Assembly (NCBI GenBank): GCA_951406725.2 | Contig: OX597824.1 | Coordinates: 31,682,001 to 31,746,000, forward strand | Direction: 5' to 3' | DNA length: 64,000 nt | Source of the DNA: Octopus vulgaris | Lineage: Eukaryota | Part shown: piece by piece, positions 41,780-54,345 of the stretch | Layout: each line of letters begins with the position of its first letter | Numbering within the stretch: the first letter of the stretch is position 1 | Notes under the pieces: generated by a model | What the model was told of the DNA's origin: nothing | The model's input: the letters and a program-made list of their open reading frames with translations, nothing else | The model's database searches: none | Translations under genes and position numbers: made by a program

Positions 41780-42400
41780 TACACACACGCACATACATAC
41801 ACACATTCACTCCCACACACACGCACATACATACACACATTCACTCTCACGCACGTACACACACACATTTACATATATATACAATACACGCACACACACA
41901 TACACACGTACAAACACACACTAATTCACATACACACCGACACATATACATACACACAACATATACCTCCACGCGCACGCACACATACACATACGTACAC
42001 ACATATAAGCACAGACACACACATACATACGCACACCAAAACAAGCGCACACATACGCACGCACATGCGCAAAAAACCCCACAACCCCACGGATACACGC
42101 ATATACATCCATTTACGCTTACACACACATACAAACGCACACATACACGCACATACACACATACACACGCACACACACACACAAATGAATCCACACATAC
42201 ATCCCATACGGCACACAACCATACATACACGCACACAATTACACATACGTATATATACACACACACGCATGTACAAGCACACACGCACACATACACTAAG
42301 TTAAGCACAGTTACTCGCCATACACACAAAAAAAACGCACACGTACACACACACATACTACAACAAAACACACACGATACATATACAGGCACACACACAT
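41780..42400. repeat. Long degenerate (CA)/(CACG)/(CATA) low-complexity tract
   Basis: Directly visible. Confidence 0.9.
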
Positions 42401-42696
42401 GCCTCCCTGTTTCTGACCTGCCTTTCTGACTTGCTAGAGTACCCCCACAGCACTCCTTAATTCTACTACTGCCTGCTACTAGCCATTGTCCACCATACAC
42501 ACACACACGCACACACTCACACACACTTGTCATCTCGCACACCTTTTTTACCATTCCTTCTTTGATATAGCTCTCTTGTTTTTAAAAATATTTTCCTCCA
42601 TTTTTACCACTTCCGCCTTTTAGTATGTGACCTCGTGAATACCACCTGGATTTTTTTTCCTCTGTCCTCCCGTCTCGGGATCTTTCTTTCTCCTAT

Positions 42697-42731
42697 GTTT
42701 CCGACGAAGAGCTCCGCTCGAAACGTCAAAC
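42697..42731 (+). ncRNA. Minimal hammerhead variant (U4C, extra A after A9)
   Basis: GUUU-CCGACGA-A-GAGC UCC GCUC-GAA-ACGU-C-AAAC. Confidence 0.55.
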
Positions 42732-42823
42732 CCTCCTTCTTCCCTTCTTTCCTGAGCGTCCAATAATACTTTATTTGTTCCACATCCTTGCGTTGTTGTC
42801 TTTTTGTTTTCTTATTTGGATTA

Positions 42824-42874
<51 letters not shown>

Positions 42875-43030
42875 TATGTTAAATATAATGCTGAAATTTT
42901 TAAAACAGAAAAATTAAGTAATGTCTTTTTAAATCCGCCAGTAAAAATTTATCCATTACATTTATATCAAAATTCTCTTTTACTTCTAAAGAATTTTAAA
43001 TTCCTTACTTTTTCTTCTGCCCTTTTACAG

Positions 43031-43204
43031 ACCACTGGGATTGTCATTCAACAAAACCAGCCAAACCAGCCAACTGCATTTGTAAACCCACCAGTGACTG
43101 CTCATTATCCTCCAAATGTTGCTTATCCTCCAAATGCTGCTTATCCTCCAAATGCTGCTTACCCTCCAAATGCTGGTTATCCACAAATGATTGATCAGAA
43201 ATGA
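43031..43204 (+). CDS. MS4A-like gene terminal coding exon (TTGIVIQQNQPNQPTAFVNPPVTAH(YPPNxx)4YPQMIDQK*)
   Basis: ccttttacAG acceptor, in frame with exon 4, TGA stop, downstream AATAAA at 43396. Confidence 0.85.
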   Translation, partial: TTGIVIQQNQPNQPTAFVNPPVTAHYPPNVAYPPNAAYPPNAAYPPNAGYPQMIDQK

Positions 43205-43395
43205 AGAAATACATTTTTTAAATTTTTGTGAAATTCAAACTTTTTTTTCATAAGCATGATATATTTGGTAAATATTCATTAAAATCCATTTACTATAATT
43301 ACAGGGCCGATTATTGTTATCAGAATTGATTTTGTTGTTTAATGTTATCAAATGGGTGTTTGCTATAGGTCAGTTATTGTCATCAAATTGACTTC

Positions 43396-43401
43396 AATAA
43401 A
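43396..43401 (+). promoter_or_regulatory. Polyadenylation signal of MS4A-like gene
   Basis: AATAAA about 190 nt after the stop, followed by a GT/T-rich tract. Confidence 0.55.
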
Positions 43402-43626
43402 CAATTCCTACAGTATTTCTGTGTTTGTAAACTTGTATTATGACTAAAACATTTTATTAATTTGTTTGACAGGAAAACAAACTGTTATAGGTACTGACCT
43501 AGTCTAAATCAACCCTCTGTTTTTATTTTCCTTTAATCATCTCTTTAGCAGTCATATTTATAACAAAACATATACACAGACATAGAAACAGAAATACACA
43601 CACACACATACACCCTCATAGCCAAC

Positions 43627-43680
<54 letters not shown>

Positions 43681-43718
43681 GGTTTGAAAATGCAATGGAC
43701 TTTTAGAGATGTTTATTC

Positions 43719-43761
43719 ACTTGACCGGTTTCATTTTTTTCAGAAAAAGATTGTCAAAAGT
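43719..43761 (-). ncRNA. Minimal hammerhead variant, U3:A8 core
   Basis: ACUU-UUGACAA-stem II-GAA-ACCGGU-C-AAGU. Confidence 0.5.
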
Positions 43762-44989
43762 ATAATGTAAAGCTTTGTATAAGTTTTTACAAAGCTTCAC
43801 ATTTTAATTTTCGCAATCTTTTTCAAAAAAGTAAAACCGGTCAAGTCAATAAATATCTCCTAAAAGTCTATTACATTTTCAAACCTTCTTTCATACCTAT
43901 TTTCGCTCGTACGGTTCTTTACAGCTTTACTTTGTTTTATATTTAAATATGTATGTATATAAATAATATATAAATATATGCATGTATACATACATATATG
44001 TACATACCTACATATATATGTATATATACACGCATATATGGGTACAGGACATCAAAAAAAACTTTGAACACAACGAGAAAAGAAAACATAAAAACAAAAA
44101 CATAGAAACGAACATTTTTTTTCGAACAACGGAAAAAACAAACAGAGAAACGAGACATACAACATAAAGAATATTCCCCTTCTTCAGTTGTCTACATTAA
44201 TTCTACATTATCTGTATATCTACCTTCTCTAAAATGTTACTACTTGATTTAAAAGCTTTTGTATTATTGGAAAACCTATATTTTTGGCTGAAGAGCACTC
44301 AACATCTTAAATCTGCTGTAATAATTACAACTTTTAATAAAATGTTGTAGTGCGAAACAATTGTACCAAATTACCGGAGTCATTCTTGTTGCTTATTTTT
44401 GATTATTTTTTATTGTATATATATATACATAAATATAGATGTGCATACAAATACACACACATGATTACGTATATAAATATCCAAAAATATGTACGAAAAT
44501 ACTAGCTCACACAAATATAAGTATATGCGCGTATGCATATACATCCATGTACGTTTGTACATAAATATAAACATACACAGATGCACACATACACATACAT
44601 TTGCATACCCACAATACACACATACACAGTAAAACCTATCTAGATCATAAAGTATATATACAAACAATTTTCAAAAGCTGCTCGGTGTATATATCAAAAT
44701 TCGGATTAAAAGGCATTTACAAACTGCAGCACCATATATAGAATTATCTATAAATTAAATGTAGCAATTAAATAGGTTTGTAAAATACAATATAATAAAA
44801 TAAAATAATAAGAAGAATGAGCCTCGGTAAAGCTTGAAAAGAATATGTAAAACTGTTGATGGTTTTCTTAAAGAATGCGTCGAAATATATTCAATATCGT
44901 TGCGATGCGAAATAACAATACTCTACAAAGACATTCGAAACTTATTCAAAAGTCAAAATATATTATCGATGTGTTATTTTGTCGGTTGA

Positions 44990-45394
44990 CATTTTAAATT
45001 TTCTTGCGTGCCTGCAGGAACTTAAGAGTTCGCGTCTTTGATTCAAAGCGCTTTAATCCTGGAATAAGATAAGGAATTTTTCCGAAAAGCATAAATTGCA
45101 TTTCATAGGCCTTTTATGAGCTCCACGTCTGTAAGTTGATACTTTATCTAAGATTTTCCAGGTTACAATGAAAGGACGGATTTAATTTTCTTTCAATTTC
45201 CAGACATGTTTTGCCAGACTAGTCGTTGTCCTATTTTTGGGGTACCGGAAGGAATTTCTATGGGAATAAAATTGGGTCTTGAAAGAATTTTCTGAAGCCC
45301 CTGTTTTATATTCTTGCGAGCCTTCTATTTGTATTTTGGGCCTATACGCAATCCCTTTCTCCAGACATTTACCTTCCAACGGACAGAAGGTTAC
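44990..45394 (-). mobile_element. Penelope-like GIY-YIG fragment
   Basis: CPLEGKCL..GASENSFKTQFYSHRNSF..TTSLAKHVWKLK. Confidence 0.75.
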
Positions 45395-45642
45395 GGATCT
45401 TTACCTTTTGACCGACAGATTTTTAAAATAATTTTTTGTAACTAAACACTTTCAAACTTCGTATACTGGTAGAATGTGTCATATAAAACATCTTTTACTC
45501 TTGGTGTTGTTGAGAAAATTCTGTATTTTGGAAGTTATTTCTTAGCAGAATAAAATTACTGGATTAAAGTAGCAGAAGTAAAAAATACGCAAACCGCCCG
45601 TTTTCGGCGTAACCTTAATCCTAATCCTAACCCTAGCCCTAA
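45395..45642. mobile_element. Single TIR of the same MITE family with (CCCTAA)-like tract
   Basis: GGATCTTTACCTTTTGACC start; cctaatcctaaccctagccctaa near 45620. Confidence 0.7.
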
Positions 45643-46639
45643 ACGCAGGGTGTGCGTATATGGTATTATATATTTATATAATTAGGTGTATATTGGAATG
45701 GGGTACCTAATATTCATATCTAGGCCTACGTTATATATTTATGATTAGTACGTGATTTATTTGGTGTATTAGGTCATCAAAATGTATTATATTATGCAAT
45801 TAATTAATAGAGATCGATACTCATTATTATTATTAAAATGATATCTAATTATTATATAACATAATATAGTTTTTTTTATTTACGTTTATATTAAATTTAA
45901 CCTATGTTAGGTTTGTAAATTTAGTTATGTTAACTTTACTTAAATTTTTGAAGATTATATATTCATAATATTTGTATCCAAAGTAAAATGTCTTATTTGG
46001 TTAATTAGTAAAGGTCAATACTCAATATTATTATTAAGCCTATATTCAAGATTATATAATATAATATATCATATGTTATTTATATTTATGTTGTTTTCAC
46101 CTATGTATGGTTAATATTTTTATCTGAATTAAAAAGTATTATATAATGTGATAGATAATAAAGCCCAATATTTGATATTATTAAAATAAAATTTAAGCAT
46201 TACATAACAGAACATTTTATATGTTGTTTATATTATTTTTAATTATTCTAATCTATGTTTGGTTTTTAAATTAAGCTATAATTATTATATTATGTTTTTT
46301 TTCTAATATTTGGTTTAATTTATTATTTATTTATTAAATTTATTTAATATTCTGAAGTATATTTAGGTTAAATATCAAAATATTCACTCTCTCTTAGTTA
46401 ATTTGTGTTTATGTTATATACATTATTTTATTCTTATTTTATGTCATGCCTATACTTATAATTTTCAGTTTAATTATTTATATAATTCACTAATTATTAA
46501 AATTTTCTAAAAACACATTTCCAGTACTGGTAATATGCCTATACTTATAATCTTCAATTTAATTATCTATTATTAATTTACTAATTACTTAAATCATCTA
46601 AACACACATCTCAAGTAGTGGCAACGAACTAAAATTTTC

Positions 46640-46940
46640 TCTTTCCTAGAATTAATCAATTTATGCTTAAATTTTAACATTTGAAAAATCTCTTTAATTG
46701 ACATTTATTTGAAATTTGATAAGCTCTAGCATGGCTTACAACCCCCCATTTAATCGTATAATCTTTCCCATTATCCTTTAACATCCATATAAATTTGTTG
46801 AGACTAGTGTTATTAATTTTATGCCTATTTCTAAAACAACTTTCATGGTTTACAATAATGCGTTTAAATCTAGTTTCAGTTGAGCCTATGTAATGGTATT
46901 CCTTCTCTTCAGATTCAGCTATACACCTATATATAATGAG
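46640..46940 (-). mobile_element. Penelope-like GIY-YIG fragment
   Basis: YIGSTETRFKR..NHESCF..NNTSLNKFIWMLKDN..IKW. Confidence 0.7.
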
Positions 46941-47344
46941 TGGCTGTTTCTACACAAGCCTTCAACACTCAATCAATCATATCTGTGGGTTTTCTGATTA
47001 CACATTTTATTCGTTCAATACGGCACAGCTTCAAGTTGCAAAAATCAAAAAATCCTCTGGCCAGAGAGTGAAAGCGACAGGGACAGGTAAAGAATATTAC
47101 TGGAAGTCTCTTGCTGGATCTCTACACAGTCAGTGACCATTGGATGATGGCCGTTCCTGCACAGAATTTGCGAGGAACTGTGCTGTCCGTGTCCTCCAGT
47201 GGTGAGAAAGCAGGTCTACTTAGACACATCAATGCTTTTCCCAAAAGAGGGAGGGCGAGAAAAGGCGTCCCAGACATTTGCTTGCTCACCTTAAACTTGG
47301 CAGCCTGCTGCAGCAGTCTGGTTATTCAGTAATGCAGTTGAAAC

Positions 47345-47880
47345 ATGAAGAAATCTAAGAATATTAATCTTGGTTTTTGGTATATGCGCACTCTCCAAGA
47401 CAGTCACTCAATACCAGAACGAAAAAGAGCCCTGGTTGCCTTTGAAATAAAGAAATGCAGCATTGACATAGCTGCAGTCAGTGAAACTCGTCTTGCAGGA
47501 TCATCACAGTTAGAAGAATGTAAGGTGGATGCATATTTTTCTGGTATTGAAGAAATAAAGACAACACGCCACTCTAGTGCTGGTTTTGCCAACAAAACAG
47601 AAAGAAGGGATCCCTTCTTTCTCTGCCCAAAGGTATTTCTGATCGCATCATGACACTAACGTTGGAACTTGATCACAACACTCGTGCTATGCTTGTCAGT
47701 TGCTATGCTCCGACCATAACCAGCACCGAGCAGGAAAAGGATGAATTTTACAACCAACTCCATGATGTCATCTCCAATTGTAACCATAGGGATAATCTTA
47801 TCCTTATGGGTGACTTTAACGCTTGTGTTGGTACAGACAATCAGGCATGGGAAGGTGTACTTGGTCACCATGGTGTAAGT
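47345..47880 (+). mobile_element. RTE-like LINE apurinic endonuclease remnant
   Basis: W.MRTL, IDIAAVSETR, CYAPT and MGDFNA motifs. Confidence 0.8.
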
Positions 47881-48174
47881 CTAATGAACACCTATTTTGA
47901 ACACTTTTATGTAAACTGTTTAAACAAAAACCATCTCTTAACATTGTCTTATCATTGTCGAAGACTATCATTGTATTTTAATACATATATGATAACCATT
48001 TTTTAACACAACAAAGGTTACACAAAGCCTTACACTTTAGTTTTGAAAATCTTTTTTTAAAAAAGTGAAACCGGTCAAGTCAATAAACAACTTTAAAAGA
48101 CCTCTGCATTTTCAAATCCTCTTTCCTATATAATTTCACTCGTGCGTATGTTTACTTTGTTATATATATATAGC

Positions 48175-48715
48175 AGAGAAGCTACACAAAGAAAATCGTC
48201 TCAATGCAAAATGTCAGCTACTGGGAAAGACTGAAGGTATTAAACCTCTTCTCCCTGGAGCGGAGGCGGGAGAGATATGCAGTGATATACATCTGGAAAA
48301 TCCTGGAGGGTCTTGTCCCAAACTTTGGCATTCAAAGTTACTCCAACCGCAGAACGGGCGCCGCTGCGTGGTGCCAAGGATTCCAACGTCACCATCAAAA
48401 TACAGGTCCAGATACTGCAACAGCTTGGGTTTCAGAGGACCACAGCTCTTTAACATCCTCCCTAAATGCCTGAGAGACTTACATGGTGTGGATGTGGGTT
48501 TTTTTAAAACTAAACTGGATCTCTTCTTGTTGGGAGTCCCAGATGAACCTACCTCACGACAGGAGACACGGATGCGGGCAGCAGCATCGAACTCCCTTGT
48601 TGATCAAGTGCCACGTATCAGAGGTGGATTCACAAACTAGTGTAGCTCATTCAGCGGTGGTGCCCCAGCATGGCCGCGGCCTTCGGGCTAAAACATTTTT
48701 AAGGATTTTAAGGAT
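48175..48715 (+). mobile_element. CR1/L2-like LINE 3' end
   Basis: SYWERLKVLNLFSLERRRERY; terminal stem-loop and short tandem tail. Confidence 0.8.
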
Positions 48716-48717
48716 TT

Positions 48718-48762
<45 letters not shown>

Positions 48763-49366
48763 GTGGGGGGGTATACGCATACATACACATATATATAAAT
48801 ATACAAGCATATGTATATACTCATGTTTATACATATAAATAGATACTTACACATACAAATATATATGAATATATACACAACATATGTACATACACACACA
48901 TAAGCAACTATGCAATCATATGCAATCACTTAACATATGTAAATCATCTAACATATGTAAATACATATGCAATCATCTAACGTAAACACTAATAGGTAGA
49001 TAAGTATCCACAAATATAAAAATTTAACGATGTAGATAAAGAAAAATTAAAGCAAAAATATATAAAAACATATAGAAAAAAGGATATATAAACATTTAAA
49101 TATGAATAATAAAAACAAGGCTAAAAAGAATATATACATACATACATAGGTACATACATACATACATACATATACACACACATATATTCTTTTTTTTATT
49201 CTCTCTGTTTATTTCCTCGTGTTCCTTTCTGTTGAAGAACGTAGGCTCGAAACGTAAAAGATTTTCTCACTTTTCCGAGTTTCAAATGCATACACCTGCT
49301 TGTTGATTATATACCTGTCTTCGTCTGTTTTTCTGTAAATTTCAACTATATAAATATATATACGTT

Positions 49367-49492
<126 letters not shown>

Positions 49493-50146
49493 TATATATA
49501 TATTATACACACACATACACATCGATAGATCGATAGATATACATATATATATATATATACATACATATACACATATCAATGCATATATAGCCATCATATG
49601 TATGCACACACACATAAACACGAATGGGTTGATAAATATTCATAGATATAAAAATATAAAACTATGGATAGATAAAAATTAAAGTAAAAATATATAAACA
49701 TAGATTAAAAACATACAAAACATCTGGATATAAATAAATATAGACATATACATACTCATGCATACATATACACACACATTTATACACATATATAGATATA
49801 TATATATTGCACATACACACACACATATACACACATATATATACGTACATATATTTTTTTCACTCACACATATCATCTTAAAAAATACATATGAACATAA
49901 TAAGTTATATTAGATATTTATAGCAAAAATATATCCATTAATAAATACAAAACTTTTTTAATCATGTAAAAAATAAAAAATAATTTATTCTGAGTTATAT
50001 CCTTTGTATAAATATTTGTACTAGAGATATATTCATAAAATATTGATATCGATGTCGCCGCCGTTTTTAAGCCTCCGCTTTCCCGGTTTCTGTGGTGTAT
50101 GTGTTCCCCCCGCTGGACGGGACGCCAGTCCCTCGCAGCGTTACTC

Positions 50147-50549
50147 AAGAAACAGGAAGAGAGAATGAAAAAAAAGTGTGACGAAAGAGTACAACACGGG
50201 TCGCCACCACCCCCTGCCGGAGCCTCATGGAGCTTTTAGGTGTATTCGCTATATAAACACACACAACGCCCAGACTGGGAATCGAAAACGCGATCCTCCG
50301 ACCGCAAGTCCGCAACCCTAACCACTGAGCCATTGCACCTCCACAAAATATTGATATCAATTAAATAAATTACTTACAAAAGCAGTCATATTTACTATTT
50401 ATTAATACAAACAAAATATTAGAGATCTAGTTATATTTAGCAAAAGGAAGTTAACCCGCTCGGGTACAGGCTAAAATTTCATCAGAATGTGCGTTCAAAA
50501 ATAGTTCATGGGAAATGAAAAATTTTATATGTGTGTGCGTGTGTGTGTG

Positions 50550-50594
<45 letters not shown>

Positions 50595-50897
50595 ATCACG
50601 TGACCGACCAGACCATCAGATGTTACACATCGCTGGTCACAATGCGTTCGCATTGTTTTAGCCTTCGAATGACGCCACCCCGCTGGCTAAGCGAGCAGGC
50701 CAACAGAAGAAAGAGTGGGAGAAAGTTGTGGTGAAAGAGTACAGCAGGATCACCACCACCTGCCGGAGCCTCGTGGAGCTTTTAGGTGTTTTCGCTCAAT
50801 AAACACTCACAACTCCCGGCCTGAGAATCGAAACCGCGATCCTACGACCGCGAGTCCGCTACCCTAACCACTGGGCCACTGGGCCATTGCGCCTCCA
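50147..50897 (-). mobile_element. Two SINE family C copies (about 50147-50344 and 50590-50897)
   Basis: Reverse complement of the 11722 element. Confidence 0.75.
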
Positions 50898-50904
50898 CAC
50901 ACAC

Positions 50905-50946
<42 letters not shown>

Positions 50947-51230
50947 ATACATATATATATATATATATATATATGTGTGTATATGTATTTATATATATAT
51001 ATGTATATATATGTATTTATATATATATATATATGTATATATGTATACTAAGTAATTAAGGGTTTAGCAACGATTTGCCTCACCACACACCGAACTTAGA
51101 AATAGCAGTCAAAAAGTTTTGGCTATTCTTTCTACTTAAAAGGGAGATCCCAGTAAAACCACAGCACTTAAAAAGCAAACGACGCAGGCAAAAGAGAAAG
51201 AAATGACGACAATCATTCTATATTAAGTCA

Positions 51231-51321
51231 CCTACGGACGTACGTTTCGGAATTAAGTCATAGCAGAGCATAAAAATTAAATAATTATGTCTTACCTAAC
51301 TATTTTCCTCTTCAGCGTAGG
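51231..51321 (-). ncRNA. Type I hammerhead ribozyme, canonical core
   Basis: CCUACG-CUGAAGA-GGAA(52 nt)UUCC-GAA-ACGUACGU-C-CGUAGG: 6-bp stem I, G10.1:C11.1, palindromic stem III, GUC site. Confidence 0.85.
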
Positions 51322-51828
51322 ACTCTTCAATTATAAATGATTGCGTCTCAATTATTAATAATTGTGTATTAAATTTGAAGGCACTAGAAGACATCACCTT
51401 AACTCATGGTATCAGAGCGAGCGTAAGCCATTACCAGTACCACCAAATTCAAAGGGTGAATGAAAGTATGTCACCATCCCCCTTCCACCAGCGTGCTGCC
51501 AAAATAAGATGCTACAGTTTTTTTACTGGGATGAAATATAATTATCAATAATAAAGGGTGAAATTGATTAATTTAGAAATAATCATTAATTTCACCAAGT
51601 AGAGTTCGGCATGTAAAAGCCCCATTCAAGGAAGGTTTAAGTAATACTAAGTAATTAAGGGTTTAGCAACGATTTGCCTCACCACACACCGATTTTAGAA
51701 ATAGCAGTCAAAAAGTTTTGGCTATTCTTTCTACTTAAAAGGAGATCCCAGTAAAACCACAGCACTTAAAAAGCAAACGACGCAGGCAAAAGAGAAAGAA
51801 ATGACGACAATCATTCTATATTAAGTCA

Positions 51829-51919
51829 CCTACGAACGTACGTTTCGGAATTAAGTCATAGCAGAGCATAAAAATTAAATAATTATGTCTTACCAAACTA
51901 TTTTCCTCTTCAGCGTAGG
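51829..51919 (-). ncRNA. Type I hammerhead ribozyme (second tandem copy, GUU site)
   Basis: Same fold as 51231-51321. Confidence 0.8.
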
Positions 51920-51979
51920 ACTCTTCAATTATAAATAATTGCGTCTCAATTATTAATAATTGTGTATTATTGATATGTA

Positions 51980-52026
<47 letters not shown>

Positions 52027-52037
52027 TTATAGAAGGA

Positions 52038-52086
52038 GCTTCTACAGGACTAGAACTGTTTCATTCAAAAGAAATCATCAGGAAGC
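52038..52086 (-). ncRNA. Type I hammerhead motif with conventional stem III
   Basis: GCUUC-CUGAUGA-UUUC UUUU GAAU-GAA-ACAG(8 nt)CUGU-A-GAAGC. Confidence 0.65.
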
Positions 52087-52157
52087 CCTGATTAATTTAC
52101 TCTGCTATGTATTGAGTACCTTATTTACTGTGGTTAACCCCGACTCAACCCGGGACC

Positions 52158-52220
<63 letters not shown>

Positions 52221-52285
52221 ATATATATATATGTATGTATATATATATGTATATATATATATATACACATACACATATATACATA

Positions 52286-52564
52286 CTAGCAATGCATCCC
52301 AGCGTTGCCAAGGTGTCATGACCTACAAGTGCATTGTATTATTTGCTCCTTTCTTACGGGAAGAGTCGGCACAGCTGATATATAATTAATTGAATAATGG
52401 AAGTTATTGTTTGTTTAATAGTGAAGGACGTGGGTACAATTTCCATGAAAGTACTTTCTGTTCCTAAGAGGAATCAGAAACTATGTATTGTGTCATCGTA
52501 TAAAAGGAGGTTAATACGATTTTTATCCAGAAATCATGTTTTCCATATCTTAATAGTACAGAGA
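52286..52564 (-). mobile_element. Short degenerate Helitron
   Basis: aCTAG, degenerate hairpin cccagcgttgccaagg, TC start on the minus strand. Confidence 0.5.
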
Positions 52565-52601
52565 TTATGAATTTACGATACACACACACACACACACACA
52601 C

Positions 52602-52718
<117 letters not shown>

Positions 52719-54142
52719 GTAAAAAGTGAAAAAAACTACAGAAGGCTTGTTTTAAAAGGTAAAAAAAAAAAAATATATATATATACACATATATACATAC
52801 ACATACACATTTTTTATAGTCTAACTTTTCTTAAAGAAACACTCAATGCCCCTTCCTCCACCTCGCCCACTCATCACCTACCAGTTTTCAAAAAGCTAAA
52901 ATCTCCCAATCTTTCCCTTTTGGGTGATGTTTTCCGCATGCATAAAATTACTGAAATAGTAGACTCAAAAAATACCATGCCAACATGCTAGAAACCCAGC
53001 ATGCTAGAAACAACAGGTAAACAACATTATTTCTGAAGTAACTTCCCCGTTTTCCAACAAGCTAAAAGTGAAACATTGAGTGTTTTGAAAGTGTGAGGTG
53101 ATGGGTAAAATTCTTAATGATTCGTACTCTGTTTTTCCTCCATGAATTACCAAGAAGAAATATTTGAAAAAAGTAAAAAATGAATTTGGTACAGAGAGGG
53201 AGAAAATAAAAATATTGAGAACATATTTTGTGGGTGAAATCATAATCTCCTGTACCGCAAACATAAGAATCGGAAGAAATTTAGGAAAAAAATATGTGAT
53301 GGGAGAAGTATGTCACCTAGGACATGGTAGAAAAAAGAGATAAAGGACAGGATTTCTGAGAAAACTTCCCTTTAAGTTTATATCGAAGATCAGGTTTTTA
53401 AATACGCTCATCATAAACACAAATTACACAACAGAAAAAGATCATTTCAATTGGATTTGAGCAGTAAATTTGCATGTGCACACTGCAAGAAATGACATAA
53501 TTCACACAGAAGTTTTACCTAGAGTGTGAGTATGTGTGTATGAGCGTGCATGTGTGTGTGAAAAACAGAGAAAGAGGGAGAGAGAGACAGACAGACAGAC
53601 AGATAGAAAAGGGTGAAGGGGAGGAAAAATGGGAATTAGAGAAAGGATGAGAGAAAAACAGTATAGAGTAGAGTTTATTTTCATTCGGTTTCCTTGTATG
53701 TCTCCAATGTCCTGATTTTGTTCCCAACTTTGACCCTCCATAAATCCCAAATTTTATTTTGGTACTTATGGGAGCAACTCACTTCGAAGACTCATATTGT
53801 TTGTTCAATGCTTGAAATGGGGAGTAGATAAATAGCCACAACTGATGAAGGGTCGTTCTTTATGTTACTTGTCCTGTTTGCCATTTGATTCTCTCATTGT
53901 TTGCATATTGAACTTATTATGTGTATGTGTGCATTTTGTGTTTGTCTCTCCCTCCCCGCTTGACAACCAGTGTTGATGCGTTTACGTCTCCAGCATAAAA
54001 GAGACCGGTAGAATAAGGCTTTAAAAAACAAGTTGGATCGATCTCTTCAACTGAAACCCTTCAAGGCGATACTCCAGCACAGCCGCACTCGGAATCTTGG
54101 GGTTAGTAGCCCCAAAATTCCGAGTTCAATTCCAGGCAATGA

Positions 54143-54147
<5 letters not shown>

Positions 54148-54221
<74 letters not shown>

Positions 54222-54345
54222 AAGAAGAAGAAGAAGAAGAAGAAGAAGAAGAAGAAGAAGAAGAAGAAGAAGAAGAAGAAGAAGAAGAAGAAGAAGAAGA
54301 AGAAGAAGAAGAAGAATGATAATAATAATAGATAATAATAATAAT
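54148..54345. repeat. Compound (AAT)n-(AAG)n microsatellite
   Basis: Directly visible; representative of many (TA)n, (GT)n, (GATA)n, (TCA)n and (TAA)n tracts in the window. Confidence 0.95.

Larger units (their letters stand above)
51046..51969 (-). mobile_element. Hammerhead-bearing tandem repeat (about 1.5 units of 598-599 nt); retrozyme or Penelope pLTR-like
   Basis: 51046-51371 repeated at 51645-51969; each copy holds a hammerhead; (TA)n on both flanks. Confidence 0.75.
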
